The translations under genes were made by a program, and so were the position numbers. From an uncultured virus (IMG/VR IMGVR_UViG_3300044627_003678) (taxonomy: Duplodnaviria; Heunggongvirae; Uroviricota; Caudoviricetes): DNA of 64,000 nt. A model generated the notes under the pieces. It worked only from the letters and a program-made list of their open reading frames with translations. It searched no databases and had not been told where the DNA came from. This document shows, in pieces, positions 37,745-47,186 of this stretch. Numbering within the stretch: the stretch's first letter is position 1; every line of letters begins with the position of its first letter. The stretch is taken from the IMG/VR virus record IMGVR_UViG_3300044627_003678, one strand, 5' to 3'.

Positions 37745-38178
37745 TGTGTTGACCCTTCTAATACTACAGGCTCCGCCTTGAAGCCTGCTTCTTGCGTTCC
37801 ATATTCAGTTGTGTTATCTGACTGCACGTCGTCAGAATCCTCGTCATCTAGCCAGTTGTCTTCCTCCAGGGCCGCAAGATAATCATTGTCGATCATCCAG
37901 TCTTGGATTGCCTCATCAACATACTCTGCCCCATATTCAAGGGTAAATTCAGTTGGCGGGTTATCCCAAAGTTTCTCCCAGATATTATCCAGAGTAATAC
38001 CTTCAGTAACAACATAATCATTATATTCATTAGGTTCTTTATAAGTATCATATTTATCTGATACTACATCCCATACCCACAGCCATACCAGTGGAGCACC
38101 AATTGGCATACCCTTTAGAGTATTTATAATTTGGTCTAATTGCATTTTAGTTTGTGGACCTAGATCTTTATTAACCAC
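37741..38178 (-). CDS. acidic hypothetical protein
   Basis: coupled ORF. Confidence 0.65.
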   Translation of the reverse strand: MVNKDLGPQTKMQLDQIINTLKGMPIGAPLVWLWVWDVVSDKYDTYKEPNEYNDYVVTEGITLDNIWEKLWDNPPTEFTLEYGAEYVDEAIQDWMIDNDYLAALEEDNWLDDEDSDDVQSDNTTEYGTQEAGFKAEPVVLEGSTQ

Positions 38179-38431
38179 GTTGTTTAGCCCTTTCGTTGAT
38201 AGCGAATGATAAATTATACGTCATAATGTATATTTCTGTCAATGCGTCTAGTCGACCTGAAAGATATTTATATTCAGGCATATCCTGTAATTCAGATATG
38301 TCTAACAGTTTAGTTTCACATTCATACATTAGATTCTTCATATGTCCATGCATGATGTCTGTACCTGTCTCACCCATATCTACAAGCTTTTGAAGATGTG
38401 GTTCTAATTTATCAGACATTATCATTTGCAA
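38171..38431 (-). CDS. hypothetical protein
   Basis: ORF with GRLDAL motif. Confidence 0.6.
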   Translation of the reverse strand: MQMIMSDKLEPHLQKLVDMGETGTDIMHGHMKNLMYECETKLLDISELQDMPEYKYLSGRLDALTEIYIMTYNLSFAINERAKQRG

Positions 38432-38875
38432 ACCCTTTTCTTTACATACTGATATTTTGTATAAGCCTGGTCTGAGTAATTTTTTATTTGTCTAGATTTC
38501 CATGTGCAAACCTTAGCATTTGCTGGGACGGCAGTAATAGGTAATAACCCTAATACTAAACTACATATAATTATCTTACGATTCATTTGCTACCTCCAGT
38601 AGATGTTCTATAGCCATAATTTGTCCTTGGATATTGATCTTAGATTCAACATTTAAATTTTTATCCATATCCTGGTTAAGACTAATTAAATGAATATTCA
38701 TATATTCTATTAACTTATCCGTAGTAAGTGTTCTCATCTATGTACCCTTCTGCTAGCAGTCCCTCAAAGAAATCCCATATGGTTAATAGACCTTGCTTAA
38801 CATCAGGGTCGGAAGCGGAATCAATAGCAACAGTTAAACTATTACCAAAGTTCTGTATATCCTTATATGTATATC

Positions 38876-39115
38876 CTAACATTCTATGTAGTATTCCTCT
38901 CCAGGTTCTACCTGCCAGTATTCATTAAATTGTTTCTTGACGGATTCATCAGAACACATATTTGCCATTTCATAGTCAGCAATAAACATACCTTCATCTA
39001 TATGACCAGTTATCCAAGAATCAAATAACTGTTCTTGAATATCTTGTAATACAGCGTCTGATATATGCTTAGGCATATCATCAAACATACTAGGTTTATC
39101 ATTTTGATATCCCAT
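38876..39115 (-). CDS. acidic hypothetical protein
   Basis: CGAAAGGA RBS, PafBC-type promoter upstream. Confidence 0.7.
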   Translation of the reverse strand: MGYQNDKPSMFDDMPKHISDAVLQDIQEQLFDSWITGHIDEGMFIADYEMANMCSDESVKKQFNEYWQVEPGEEYYIEC

Positions 39116-39269
39116 ATATTCCTTTCGCTAGGACCTTAATTATATAACAGACCACTGACATTGTATATAGAATATAGGTGTGTTTCACACCACATGTCCA
39201 AGCTTTGAGATTTCAGGGAAATATATTTGACTTCCGTAAACAACATATGCTACCCTCACCCGTGAGCGC

Positions 39270-39404
39270 AAAAGAGAAGCCCCCGTGTATGGGATCACGG
39301 GGACTAAGATAAATGGCTGCTAGGACCTCAACGAAAGGAAAAACCTGCCTTACTTAGCATCTAGAGGAGATGCACCATTTATATAAATAGGCACAAGGCC
39401 TATT
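39270..39404 (-). ncRNA. candidate trans-acting antisense sRNA (~130 nt) complementary to the early-gene RBS
   Basis: TGA-TATAAT promoter at 39408-39416, multi-stem fold, terminator 39270-39304, loop UUUUUCCUUUCGUUGAGGU. Confidence 0.7.
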
Positions 39405-39418
39405 CAAATTATATCACA

Positions 39419-39823
39419 CTAAACGAGTAATCTTTCCAGCGCATACTTCTCACAGAACGCCGATAGGTCCATGGTAAAGATTGCTTCATTCTTCATACCA
39501 CGCACCTTATTGTCAAGGTTGCGGTGATCGTCCCAATCATGCAATGAGAATGTTTGTTGCTGCCAATTAATAACAGCAATCTTATGCTCGTTATCTCCAA
39601 TTGAATTTACTTGAAGACCCCAGCCTGTTTCCATATTCCATTGATCTCCAATTAATTGACTGATCGCAATCCGTGTAGCATATGATTCATCTGTCCAACG
39701 GGGACGGGCAGCAATGACAGCATCCGCCAATTTACCCAACATGTTATATCCAGCCCAGTGTCCGTATAGACATATGGTGTCGCCTGCTCCGTCTACGAAT
39801 ACGTAGTTTGCTCTATCTCCCAT
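39419..39823 (-). CDS. hypothetical phage protein
   Basis: MGDRAN...LYGHWAG...PRW.D.SYA.RI; AAGGCGG RBS. Confidence 0.75.
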   Translation of the reverse strand: MGDRANYVFVDGAGDTICLYGHWAGYNMLGKLADAVIAARPRWTDESYATRIAISQLIGDQWNMETGWGLQVNSIGDNEHKIAVINWQQQTFSLHDWDDHRNLDNKVRGMKNEAIFTMDLSAFCEKYALERLLV

Positions 39824-39824
39824 T

Positions 39825-40049
39825 TTAAACCGCCTTTTCTAGTTGAGGGACTTTTTCTGTTTTATTTAATTCTACTATTTCTAGTGTTACTTTGTCAAGA
39901 GCCTGTTTATTCTTGTTTAAATGGTGGCTACAGAAGCTGAGCTCATTTGATGTAAGCCCTCCCACTGTATCTACATCTGACTTATTAACAAATCTGATTA
40001 TCCATTTAGCCTGAGCTGGACAAGAATCGCATTTAATCCATTCGCTCAT
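39825..40049 (-). CDS. zinc-binding protein
   Basis: CDSC...FCSHH. Confidence 0.65.
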   Translation of the reverse strand: MSEWIKCDSCPAQAKWIIRFVNKSDVDTVGGLTSNELSFCSHHLNKNKQALDKVTLEIVELNKTEKVPQLEKAV

Positions 40050-40184
40050 AGTTTATTACTTTCGATCATGTCTGATAGTCTATCTAATAACCATGAATCA
40101 ATGTCAGCGATATCAATCTCCCGTAACTTCTCAATCATTTCTTCACGGGCAAACTTATAGCCTTCTTGGAATCCATCTTTATAA

Positions 40185-40424
40185 TCAGACATTTAACATC
40201 CTATCATATCTATATGCCAATTCGTTATCAGCATATTTACTTTCGACTAAAACCTTAAGTTGGTGCTTAGATATTAATCTAGTTACCTTCTCAATGTTAC
40301 CAGTTCCTATTTCGAAAGTCAATGTTTCTTTGTTATATGAATCAGGATCTAATCCTCCAACCTCAGCGTCCCATATAGAAAAATGGAACGCCCTGGATGA
40401 ATCTGCTTTTAATTTATAAAACAT
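40185..40424 (-). CDS. hypothetical protein
   Basis: coupled ORF (start MFYKL). Confidence 0.55.
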   Translation of the reverse strand: MFYKLKADSSRAFHFSIWDAEVGGLDPDSYNKETLTFEIGTGNIEKVTRLISKHQLKVLVESKYADNELAYRYDRMLNV

Positions 40425-40894
40425 TAGTCCCAATCCACATCTGTGTCTTGTAAAGACCAATCATTAATATCTACATTTGAATTATAAGATGTTAATGAAA
40501 GATCATCTGCTAACAGATAATGTGCGTCAAAGTCTTCAACCTCGTCAAGAGGAATATCGACTATGGCTTCAAACTGAATTGTACCAGTTACCCTAACTTG
40601 CTTGGTTGGATTAATTCCAAAGTATTCGCAGAGTTCACGAATAACTTCTTCTTTACTATAGTTAGGATTTGTCCATTCAACTACCTTGTCATTAAGACCG
40701 TCAACCAAACTTCTTAGTTTGATATACTCAGACTTTGCATTACGTGCTTGGTCCAGGGCCCATTCAATGTCTACAACTTTCTCGGTTGAGTAAGTAGTTT
40801 CATCATTGAAAATCTTCTTGTATGTAACAAGTTGATTAGGGTTATAGCGCTCTGCCTCTGATAAAGGTAGATTAGTTTCTGTCATTCCATTCAT
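40424..40894 (-). CDS. hypothetical protein
   Basis: likely start at 40894 after the ACGAAAGGA RBS; the frame is open upstream to 41074. Confidence 0.65.
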   Translation of the reverse strand: MNGMTETNLPLSEAERYNPNQLVTYKKIFNDETTYSTEKVVDIEWALDQARNAKSEYIKLRSLVDGLNDKVVEWTNPNYSKEEVIRELCEYFGINPTKQVRVTGTIQFEAIVDIPLDEVEDFDAHYLLADDLSLTSYNSNVDINDWSLQDTDVDWD

Positions 40895-41070
40895 TTCATT
40901 TCCTTTCGTTGTTGTTGGGAGTATTGTAGCACCTTCCACTGACAATAGTACATATGGGCTATTATTAAGTGGGGTGAGAAGTAGCTTCTCCTCAGTTCCC
41001 TCTAAATGAGTAACCTCAATTAAACAGTCAGTATCTGTATTTAAATAACTATACTTATTCCATTTATTAT

Positions 41071-41805
41071 TCATACTTTAACCTTATGAACACTGCATTC
41101 TGCCATGGCCTGTTCATCTTGCCAAGACCCTTGATTACATTCTGAACAGAACTCTCCGCATCCCTCTTCGCAGTATTCTATTGTGTCATAAGATTGGCAG
41201 GCATAGCACATATTGGTATATTCTAGGTTTTCTTTAACTTCACCACGAACAATCTCATATTCCCCACCCCAACCTGTCTCTTCCTCAAACTCTAATGTGA
41301 GAAGAGAATTAGGAACAAGATTACTTAGTTTAGTTAAGATAGTTACAGCAGGTGACCAAGCAGTGTTATATTTATATACTAGCCAGTTATCATCACCATT
41401 TGATTCATGTTCAAGTAATTCAGTATCAGGATACTCGTCACCGTCTGATACGGCTACATCCCATTTAGTTCCCCAGTTAGTTGTATTCCATGAATACCAA
41501 TCTTTCTGAGTCATAGCATGCGCTACCTCTTTAGCAAACCAATCAGGTGCACTCGTGTCTGTTCCTAGTCGTGTAGGCTGTTGAACATATTCTTGCATTG
41601 TAATACCGTCTTGTAGTGGAGAATGTATATTCCAAAATGCAAAGACAGGATTAGAGTAAGTTGATTCTGTTATTTCCATTTTCATAGTTTCAGAATTCCA
41701 ACTATCATGCCATACCATAAATGGCTCGTTAAGTTTATCTTTGATAAAATCTACCTCAGACTTTGGTCCTTGGATTGTTAATGTGTTATACACCCAGTTA
41801 GGCAT
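41071..41805 (-). CDS. DUF1281/YubB ferredoxin-like domain protein
   Basis: MPNWVYNTL, DWYSWNTTNWGTKWD, YNTAWSP. Confidence 0.8.
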   Translation of the reverse strand: MPNWVYNTLTIQGPKSEVDFIKDKLNEPFMVWHDSWNSETMKMEITESTYSNPVFAFWNIHSPLQDGITMQEYVQQPTRLGTDTSAPDWFAKEVAHAMTQKDWYSWNTTNWGTKWDVAVSDGDEYPDTELLEHESNGDDNWLVYKYNTAWSPAVTILTKLSNLVPNSLLTLEFEEETGWGGEYEIVRGEVKENLEYTNMCYACQSYDTIEYCEEGCGEFCSECNQGSWQDEQAMAECSVHKVKV

Positions 41806-41924
41806 ATTATTCCTTTCGTTGAATGTGGTAATTGTAGCAGAGTCAACTGACATTATCAAGGATTTCAGGGCTTTTTATATACATGCCGTAAGAAAGAAAA
41901 ATGGCCTTTACGTCTGGGGGCTTG

Positions 41925-41998
41925 CGATCCATAACGGACTTGAACCGTCGACCTCTACCGTGACAGGGTAGCGCTCTAACCAACTGAGCTAATGGACC
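41925..41998 (-). tRNA. tRNA-Asp(GTC)
   Basis: GGTCCAT/ATGGATC acceptor, CTACC-CTGTCAC-GGTAG anticodon arm, GTTCAAG. Confidence 0.95.
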
Positions 41999-42004
41999 TA
42001 GATG

Positions 42005-42024
42005 TGGGGCCCTTTCGGGCCCCA
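42005..42024 (-). other. GC-rich GNRA hairpin between the DUF932 gene and tRNA-Asp
   Basis: TGGGGCCC-GAAA-GGGCCCCA, no U tract. Confidence 0.7.
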
Positions 42025-42029
42025 GTTGA

Positions 42030-43037
42030 TTAGGCTAACGCCTTGACCGCTTTGAGAATTTTATTCTTCTCTGCGGTAATGATTGGGTCAAATCCACTTG
42101 CACCAGCATTTAGCGATTCGGTGTTACCAGTACGGGCGGTACGGTAATAATCTAAACGCTCAGTCAATGCATTAAACGCACCCCAAGCAGTGCCTTTAAT
42201 TGTGTTATTAGTTGGTGAGTTATGATAAAGGTCATCAATTAAAACAACCTTATTCTCCCACTTCTTTAATGCGCCTTTAACATCTGCTTCAGGCTTTGGG
42301 TATAGATTGCGAATCAAATCCGAGAATTGCTTATCGGTAATTGATTGCTTGAATAATTCGTCCGCTTCCTTTTGGAATGCATCTGCGTATGCAAATGTTA
42401 ATCCCAATGCTTGACGGGCTTGCACAATCCTACCTTCGGCAGTTTGTGTATGACGAATCTTGAATGATTGCTTAGCGCCCTTCATTGCAAGATTAAGAGT
42501 GTTTTGGCATACAACACGAACGGGTGTAATTGCTGCTTGAACCGCAACTGAACCATCGTGAGATGTCCATACAATTAAATATAACTTAGTTTTATCGTTA
42601 ATACCTTGTGGGTCTAATACGATCTCTCTAGGTATATCTAATGAGCCAAATACAACTTTGCCCTTTTTAATTGAGCCAGCAGATTCCCATTTAGCAGAAT
42701 CGTTATCTAATACATTATCAGCAAATGCGAATAACTCTTCATTCTGAACAGTTTTGTATCGCTTGCCAACTACTGATAAAACATCAGTGCCTTGGTCAAA
42801 TGGATTATCACGAATGACAAAGAAATTGTCTGATGTATTTCTCCATGTGTTTGGGATATGATCTGCAACATCTGACAAGCGGACATTCCAGTTATTCAAC
42901 TTTGCTTCTTCAAGCATTGTTGCGGTAGTTACATTTTCATCTTGAGCGAAAATGCGATTTGCAAGATTATGCCAAGCAGGTGCACCACGCAATGCAAATG
43001 CTACTTGACCATCTTGCTCTTCGAGATTATGAGCCAT
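42030..43037 (-). CDS. DUF932 family phage/plasmid protein
   Basis: MAHNLE, PAWH.L, Y..VQN.E.F, SHDGS, TPVRVVCQNTL, IRHT, GTAWGAFNALTE..D. Confidence 0.9.
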   Translation of the reverse strand: MAHNLEEQDGQVAFALRGAPAWHNLANRIFAQDENVTTATMLEEAKLNNWNVRLSDVADHIPNTWRNTSDNFFVIRDNPFDQGTDVLSVVGKRYKTVQNEELFAFADNVLDNDSAKWESAGSIKKGKVVFGSLDIPREIVLDPQGINDKTKLYLIVWTSHDGSVAVQAAITPVRVVCQNTLNLAMKGAKQSFKIRHTQTAEGRIVQARQALGLTFAYADAFQKEADELFKQSITDKQFSDLIRNLYPKPEADVKGALKKWENKVVLIDDLYHNSPTNNTIKGTAWGAFNALTERLDYYRTARTGNTESLNAGASGFDPIITAEKNKILKAVKALA

Positions 43038-43209
43038 TTTATCCTTTCGTTTGGTTGAATGCTTATTCTAACATACACGACTGACATTGTCTATCTTATT
43101 TGACATGAATTTGCGGGGGTTTTCCACAGGGTGCCGTAAGGCTGTGGATAAGTCCCCAGCTATTGAGGGCAGGGGAAATGGGCCAGGGGACTAGGCTGGC
43201 CCAAGTTTA

Positions 43210-43422
43210 TTAGATTAAGTTATGAATCTCTTCTGGAAAGAATGCTGCGAATACTTTTTTGTTTTCTTGTGTATCAACAACATATGCTTTAACATTGCCT
43301 TGAAATTTTTTTAAATTACGTTTAACTAACTTAGTTAATGCATCACGATTATAACTATTTGCAGACCATAACGTTAGATCATGAGCTTTATTAGCATCAT
43401 AGATTTCTACACGATACCGCAT
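43210..43422 (-). CDS. hypothetical protein
   Basis: ACAAAGGA RBS. Confidence 0.65.
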   Translation of the reverse strand: MRYRVEIYDANKAHDLTLWSANSYNRDALTKLVKRNLKKFQGNVKAYVVDTQENKKVFAAFFPEEIHNLI

Positions 43423-43460
43423 TGTGTTCCTTTGTTAGTAGGGATAGAAATTTTAACATA

Positions 43461-43485
43461 GGGGGCTAGATTTTGTCTAGCCCCC
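43461..43485 (-). terminator. hairpin / likely terminator
   Basis: GGGGGCTAGA-TTTTG-TCTAGCCCCC after the 43492 gene. Confidence 0.65.
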
Positions 43486-43491
43486 AGTTTA

Positions 43492-43914
43492 TTACAAGTA
43501 TCTTGCGATAGCGTTGTAGGTGCTTGTGCTTACTGTATCCTCATCGGTCATTTTGAGAATACGGATAGCGTTTTCCATTTCCTCTTTCATCTCATTGTAA
43601 GAGTGGCGGTGGATTTCCTCGTAGTTCTTTTCAGGTTCAGCAGGGAAGTCTTTGCTATCGCAAATTAAATCAAAATCTACATTTAGAGTTTTGTTCCAAG
43701 CACGATAGTTGGTGCGTAGGTTTTCTGCTTTAGCAATTTTGCTAACTGCCCATGCCCCAATTTCTTTTTGCCATTTTTCCTGAGCCTTACGATACTTTGC
43801 TTCGTTTTCGTCTTGCTTCTTAAAGTCAGCCTCTAATTTGGCTAACCTAGTTTCTAAGGCTTTAATAACCTTAGTTGTAGCGATTTTTACGCTGATGGGT
43901 TTGCTTCTTGCCAT
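43492..43914 (-). CDS. coiled-coil hypothetical protein
   Basis: ACGAAAGG RBS. Confidence 0.75.
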   Translation of the reverse strand: MARSKPISVKIATTKVIKALETRLAKLEADFKKQDENEAKYRKAQEKWQKEIGAWAVSKIAKAENLRTNYRAWNKTLNVDFDLICDSKDFPAEPEKNYEEIHRHSYNEMKEEMENAIRILKMTDEDTVSTSTYNAIARYL

Positions 43915-43946
43915 TTGTATTGCCTTTCGTTAGGTGGGTTGGTTTG

Positions 43947-44087
43947 TTATGCTTTAACGCTTGTCCAGCGGTCTGTTCCATTTACATCAAGCAGAATACG
44001 ATTAACTCCGCTTGGGTGGTTATCTATTGCTTTGATAACTCCAGTAATGCCACTTTGGGTGGTTGTGTAGGTTGTTCCGATTTCCAT
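43947..44087 (-). CDS. 46-aa SH3-like small protein (not in ORF track)
   Basis: MEIGTTYTTTQSGITGVIKAI...RILLDVNGTDRWTSVKA; has its own promoter and RBS. Confidence 0.7.
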   Translation of the reverse strand: MEIGTTYTTTQSGITGVIKAIDNHPSGVNRILLDVNGTDRWTSVKA

Positions 44088-44133
44088 TTGTTTCCTTTCG
44101 TTGAGGTTGTATTATAGCACCAGCCACCGACAA

Positions 44134-44403
44134 TTAGTAGTCGGTTTCAGGTAGCCACGCTTGTAGGTGATGAGCCTCTATAATCGCATAGGCAGGGGCT
44201 TCAGGTTTGCCTTTCCAATATACGCCTTCAGGCAGTTTGATTAACTGATTAAGTTCATCAGCATAATAAGCATCAATAGCATCAATACATGGTGCTACCA
44301 TAGATGATGGAACGGGTGGATAATGATTACTTTGTAAGTGGATTAGTATTGCTTGGTCTAAGTCAAAACTCTCCGCTAAGTCCGTTGCTGTGTTATATCC
44401 CAT
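44134..44403 (-). CDS. hypothetical phage protein
   Basis: HLQSNHYPPVP...IIEAHHL.AW; promoter and RBS upstream. Confidence 0.75.
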   Translation of the reverse strand: MGYNTATDLAESFDLDQAILIHLQSNHYPPVPSSMVAPCIDAIDAYYADELNQLIKLPEGVYWKGKPEAPAYAIIEAHHLQAWLPETDY

Positions 44404-44669
44404 TTGTTTCCTTTCGTTAGATTGGAATTATAGCAGACTTAACTGACATTTTTTAAGACACGCCCATATTTTTCAGGGTGATTTATACCACACCCTTAAC
44501 GACACGCCCGACCCCGCAGCTATGTGGGCGCCTTTTATCCGCTAAGCCCGTCTTGATCTGTATCAGGTTTAGAATATAGCAAAACAAAAAGAAAAATAAT
44601 AAATGGAGCAATTATTGCAATTGATAAAATTGCTCCAATTATTTCACCTAACAAAGAATCCATGGGCCC

Positions 44670-45419
44670 TTATTTCTTAGTAGCAGAAAATCTTATATCT
44701 GCTTTACCATAAACACATAAGCCGCATGACACGCATGCGCTGCCGCTAGTAGAAATTAGCGGAATGCTTTTATTATTTTCAGGGCATTTAGCGCCAGGTT
44801 TACCAATTAATTCTTTCATAGTACTTTCTGTAACGCCGAAAGTTTTACCTAAGTATGCTAATCTAATTTTATTACCAGTCTTACGTAGATCATGAGCAAT
44901 ATCTTTATTCTCATCATCCGTTGAATAATAAAGAGATAAGTTTTCAATACCGTCTAGGATGAGCGCTGCAGACTTAACTCGTGTATACACCCAAAATTGA
45001 ATATCGGTATTAGTTAAAATAACGTATTGCCATGCACGTGCATAAGTATCATTAAAGAAATCGCCATCCCAGTGGATACGGAATAATAACTTAGCATTTT
45101 TCTTTTCACAATCTTTTCTAAAATCATTAATCATATTTTCTAATAAATCCACCATAGTAGGCTCGTCGGCGTCCTTAAGTAAATTCCAATTGTGAATGAG
45201 CACGTCTCTAACGCCCTTATATACTTTTTCTAACTTACCCGCATAACATACGCTTTCGCATATGCTAGTGGCGCCAGGGCATGAGAATGCTTTTCCCGCA
45301 GGCAGGCCGAAAGTATTAGCAATGGCAGAAGTCTTGCCATTTTTAGATACAAGGTTAGTAACCTTGCGATCATTAGATCTTTTTAACATGGGAGCAATTA
45401 TAGCAGCGGGAACCGACAT
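44670..45419 (-). CDS. Gp88-like Cys-rich (radical-SAM-related) protein
   Basis: FGLPAG...CPGAT..C...CYA, FRIHWDGDF, FWVYTR, C..C..C. Confidence 0.75.
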   Translation of the reverse strand: MSVPAAIIAPMLKRSNDRKVTNLVSKNGKTSAIANTFGLPAGKAFSCPGATSICESVCYAGKLEKVYKGVRDVLIHNWNLLKDADEPTMVDLLENMINDFRKDCEKKNAKLLFRIHWDGDFFNDTYARAWQYVILTNTDIQFWVYTRVKSAALILDGIENLSLYYSTDDENKDIAHDLRKTGNKIRLAYLGKTFGVTESTMKELIGKPGAKCPENNKSIPLISTSGSACVSCGLCVYGKADIRFSATKK

Positions 45420-45805
45420 TACAAATCCCCCATTTCTGCATCGGCCATTCTTGACATAGCCCAATCTTGAGCTAAATCCCGATCATAGACAACGCTACAA
45501 TCTAAATCAAAATCAAATTCGTCCATTAGTTTACCTTTCGTTGGGTGAATTGATATTATACCTAACACGGCTGACATTTATTTGAAAACACCCAGTTTTT
45601 CAGGGTGTTTTTAGTCACACTCTTAACGACACGCCCGACCCCGCAGCCCTGGGGGCGCCGACACGCCCGACTGCGTTGTAAGCTGCGACACGCCCGAGAT
45701 TATATTAAATCAGATTTTTTATATTTAATTTTGCGTGTGTATTTTTTTTTATTGCGAATAGGTTGCGCCGCATTACTACGGCGCAACTCTTGTATTCGTT
45801 TTACT

Positions 45806-45997
45806 TTATCTAGAATTAAATTGGGGAACATGATAACCGCTTGCTTCATAAAATTTGTTTGCGTCAAATTTAGGATTATCTTTAGCAAACATTAAAGCAA
45901 AATCCACAATTACTTTAGAAAATAAAGCAGGGTGAGTTTTATCTGAAATATATTTCATAATTTCAGCAGTAGCAATATAATCTTTTCTAGTCATCAT
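45806..45997 (-). CDS. hypothetical phage protein
   Basis: MTRKDY..TA...FAKDNPKFD...F. Confidence 0.7.
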   Translation of the reverse strand: MMTRKDYIATAEIMKYISDKTHPALFSKVIVDFALMFAKDNPKFDANKFYEASGYHVPQFNSR

Positions 45998-45998
45998 A

Positions 45999-46198
45999 TT
46001 ATTTGCCCCCAATAAATCCAGCACGATTAAAGTTTTTAGTATACATTTTACCATTAGGTAAAGATAAATTATATGTTGCTAATTCATCAGCAAAGCCGAC
46101 ATCATAACATTTCGCAAACGCTTCAAACGCTTGTAATGCGTCAGCAAATTGGTATGTGTATTCTAATTTGCCGTCATAGTAAGTATCTAGTCTATACA
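45999..46198 (-). CDS. hypothetical protein
   Basis: coupled ORF. Confidence 0.6.
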
Positions 46199-46524
46199 TT
46201 AGATACCCCACACATCTTTAACACAATCGCAACTTTCCACATCATAGTTTTTTTCATCGCCCCAAAATATGAAGCCAGCACCGCCACACTCATCGCAAGC
46301 GACCCCGATTATTTCTGCTAGATTTCCCATTTATAGTTTTCCTTTCGTTGTTGTTAATGTAATTATAGCCTAAGCCACCGACAAAGTGGGAAGGACACGC
46401 CCTAAAGCGCACCCTCATTAAATAACCCGATTTCTAAATCTAGTAATTCATCAGGGGTGGCTTCGGATAAATCTACCCAGCCAGCACCCTCATCATCTAA
46501 GCGAAATATTTCTATGTATCCCAT

Positions 46525-46716
46525 TTACTCACCTACCTTAACCGCTATATTTCGGTAAGTATATTTACCAGTATCAGATTTAACCTGAACCAAATATCCT
46601 TCAGCATTTTCATAAAAAATATCTGATTTATCTGCTGAGATAATTTCTCCACGCAGAGTTTTTGAGTTATAGATTTTACCAATTAGTAAATCTTGTATTG
46701 TGTATAAGTTAGCCAT
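46525..46716 (-). CDS. hypothetical protein
   Basis: promoter plus ACGAAAGGA RBS. Confidence 0.7.
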   Translation of the reverse strand: MANLYTIQDLLIGKIYNSKTLRGEIISADKSDIFYENAEGYLVQVKSDTGKYTYRNIAVKVGE

Positions 46717-46988
46717 TGTTAGCCACTTCCTTTCGTTTTGTTATATGCCGATATTATACTCTAACCCACCGACAATTTGCATATTACTTGTGAGTAATCC
46801 CATATTTTGAGACGCTCAACTCATGTGTTCTTAATCACATTTAGCCTGTGGACGACACGCCCGACACGCCACGACACGCCCGAAAGTTATCCACAGATTT
46901 CAGGGCTTTTTTTTAATGTGTCTTAAATCACATTTTGCCCCCACAGCTTTTGTGGGCGCTTCCGCCTTTTGTCAAGGCGACACGCCGT

Positions 46989-47186
46989 TTAGTCTATGTG
47001 ACCTTCCTCACGCATATATTCCTCATGCTCAATTAAACCAATAGAGAACGCAATCGGATCGCAACACTCTAAGATTTCGCTGGCGGTAAATGTTGATACT
47101 CCGATTTTATAAGTAGGATAAATCTCATCTAACATTTGGCAGAAGCTTTCCTTTAATTCTAAATCCTTTTCGAATTGTGATTTCAT
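46989..47186 (-). CDS. hypothetical protein
   Basis: AGGAG SD. Confidence 0.65.
   Translation of the reverse strand: MKSQFEKDLELKESFCQMLDEIYPTYKIGVSTFTASEILECCDPIAFSIGLIEHEEYMREEGHID

Larger units (their letters stand above)
36930..46960. repeat. dispersed 7-copy fixed-spacing element TTTCAGGG-N16-C(G/T)TAA-N13-CCCNCA..GGGCGC
   Basis: copies start at 36930, 39211, 41863, 43111 (variant), 44471, 45598 and 46898; spacings counted identical. Confidence 0.85.

Noticed and set aside
43450..43471. A twelfth PafBC-type promoter
   Set aside because: A TAAAAT -10 is present but the upstream hexamer is ATCTAG, part of a hairpin, not TGTCRG
36930..46960. Repeated elements as a CRISPR array or integron attC sites
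   Set aside because: Copies are kilobases apart with internal variable spacers; they lack consistent RYYYAAC/GTTRRRY ends and long palindromes; no integrase in the window
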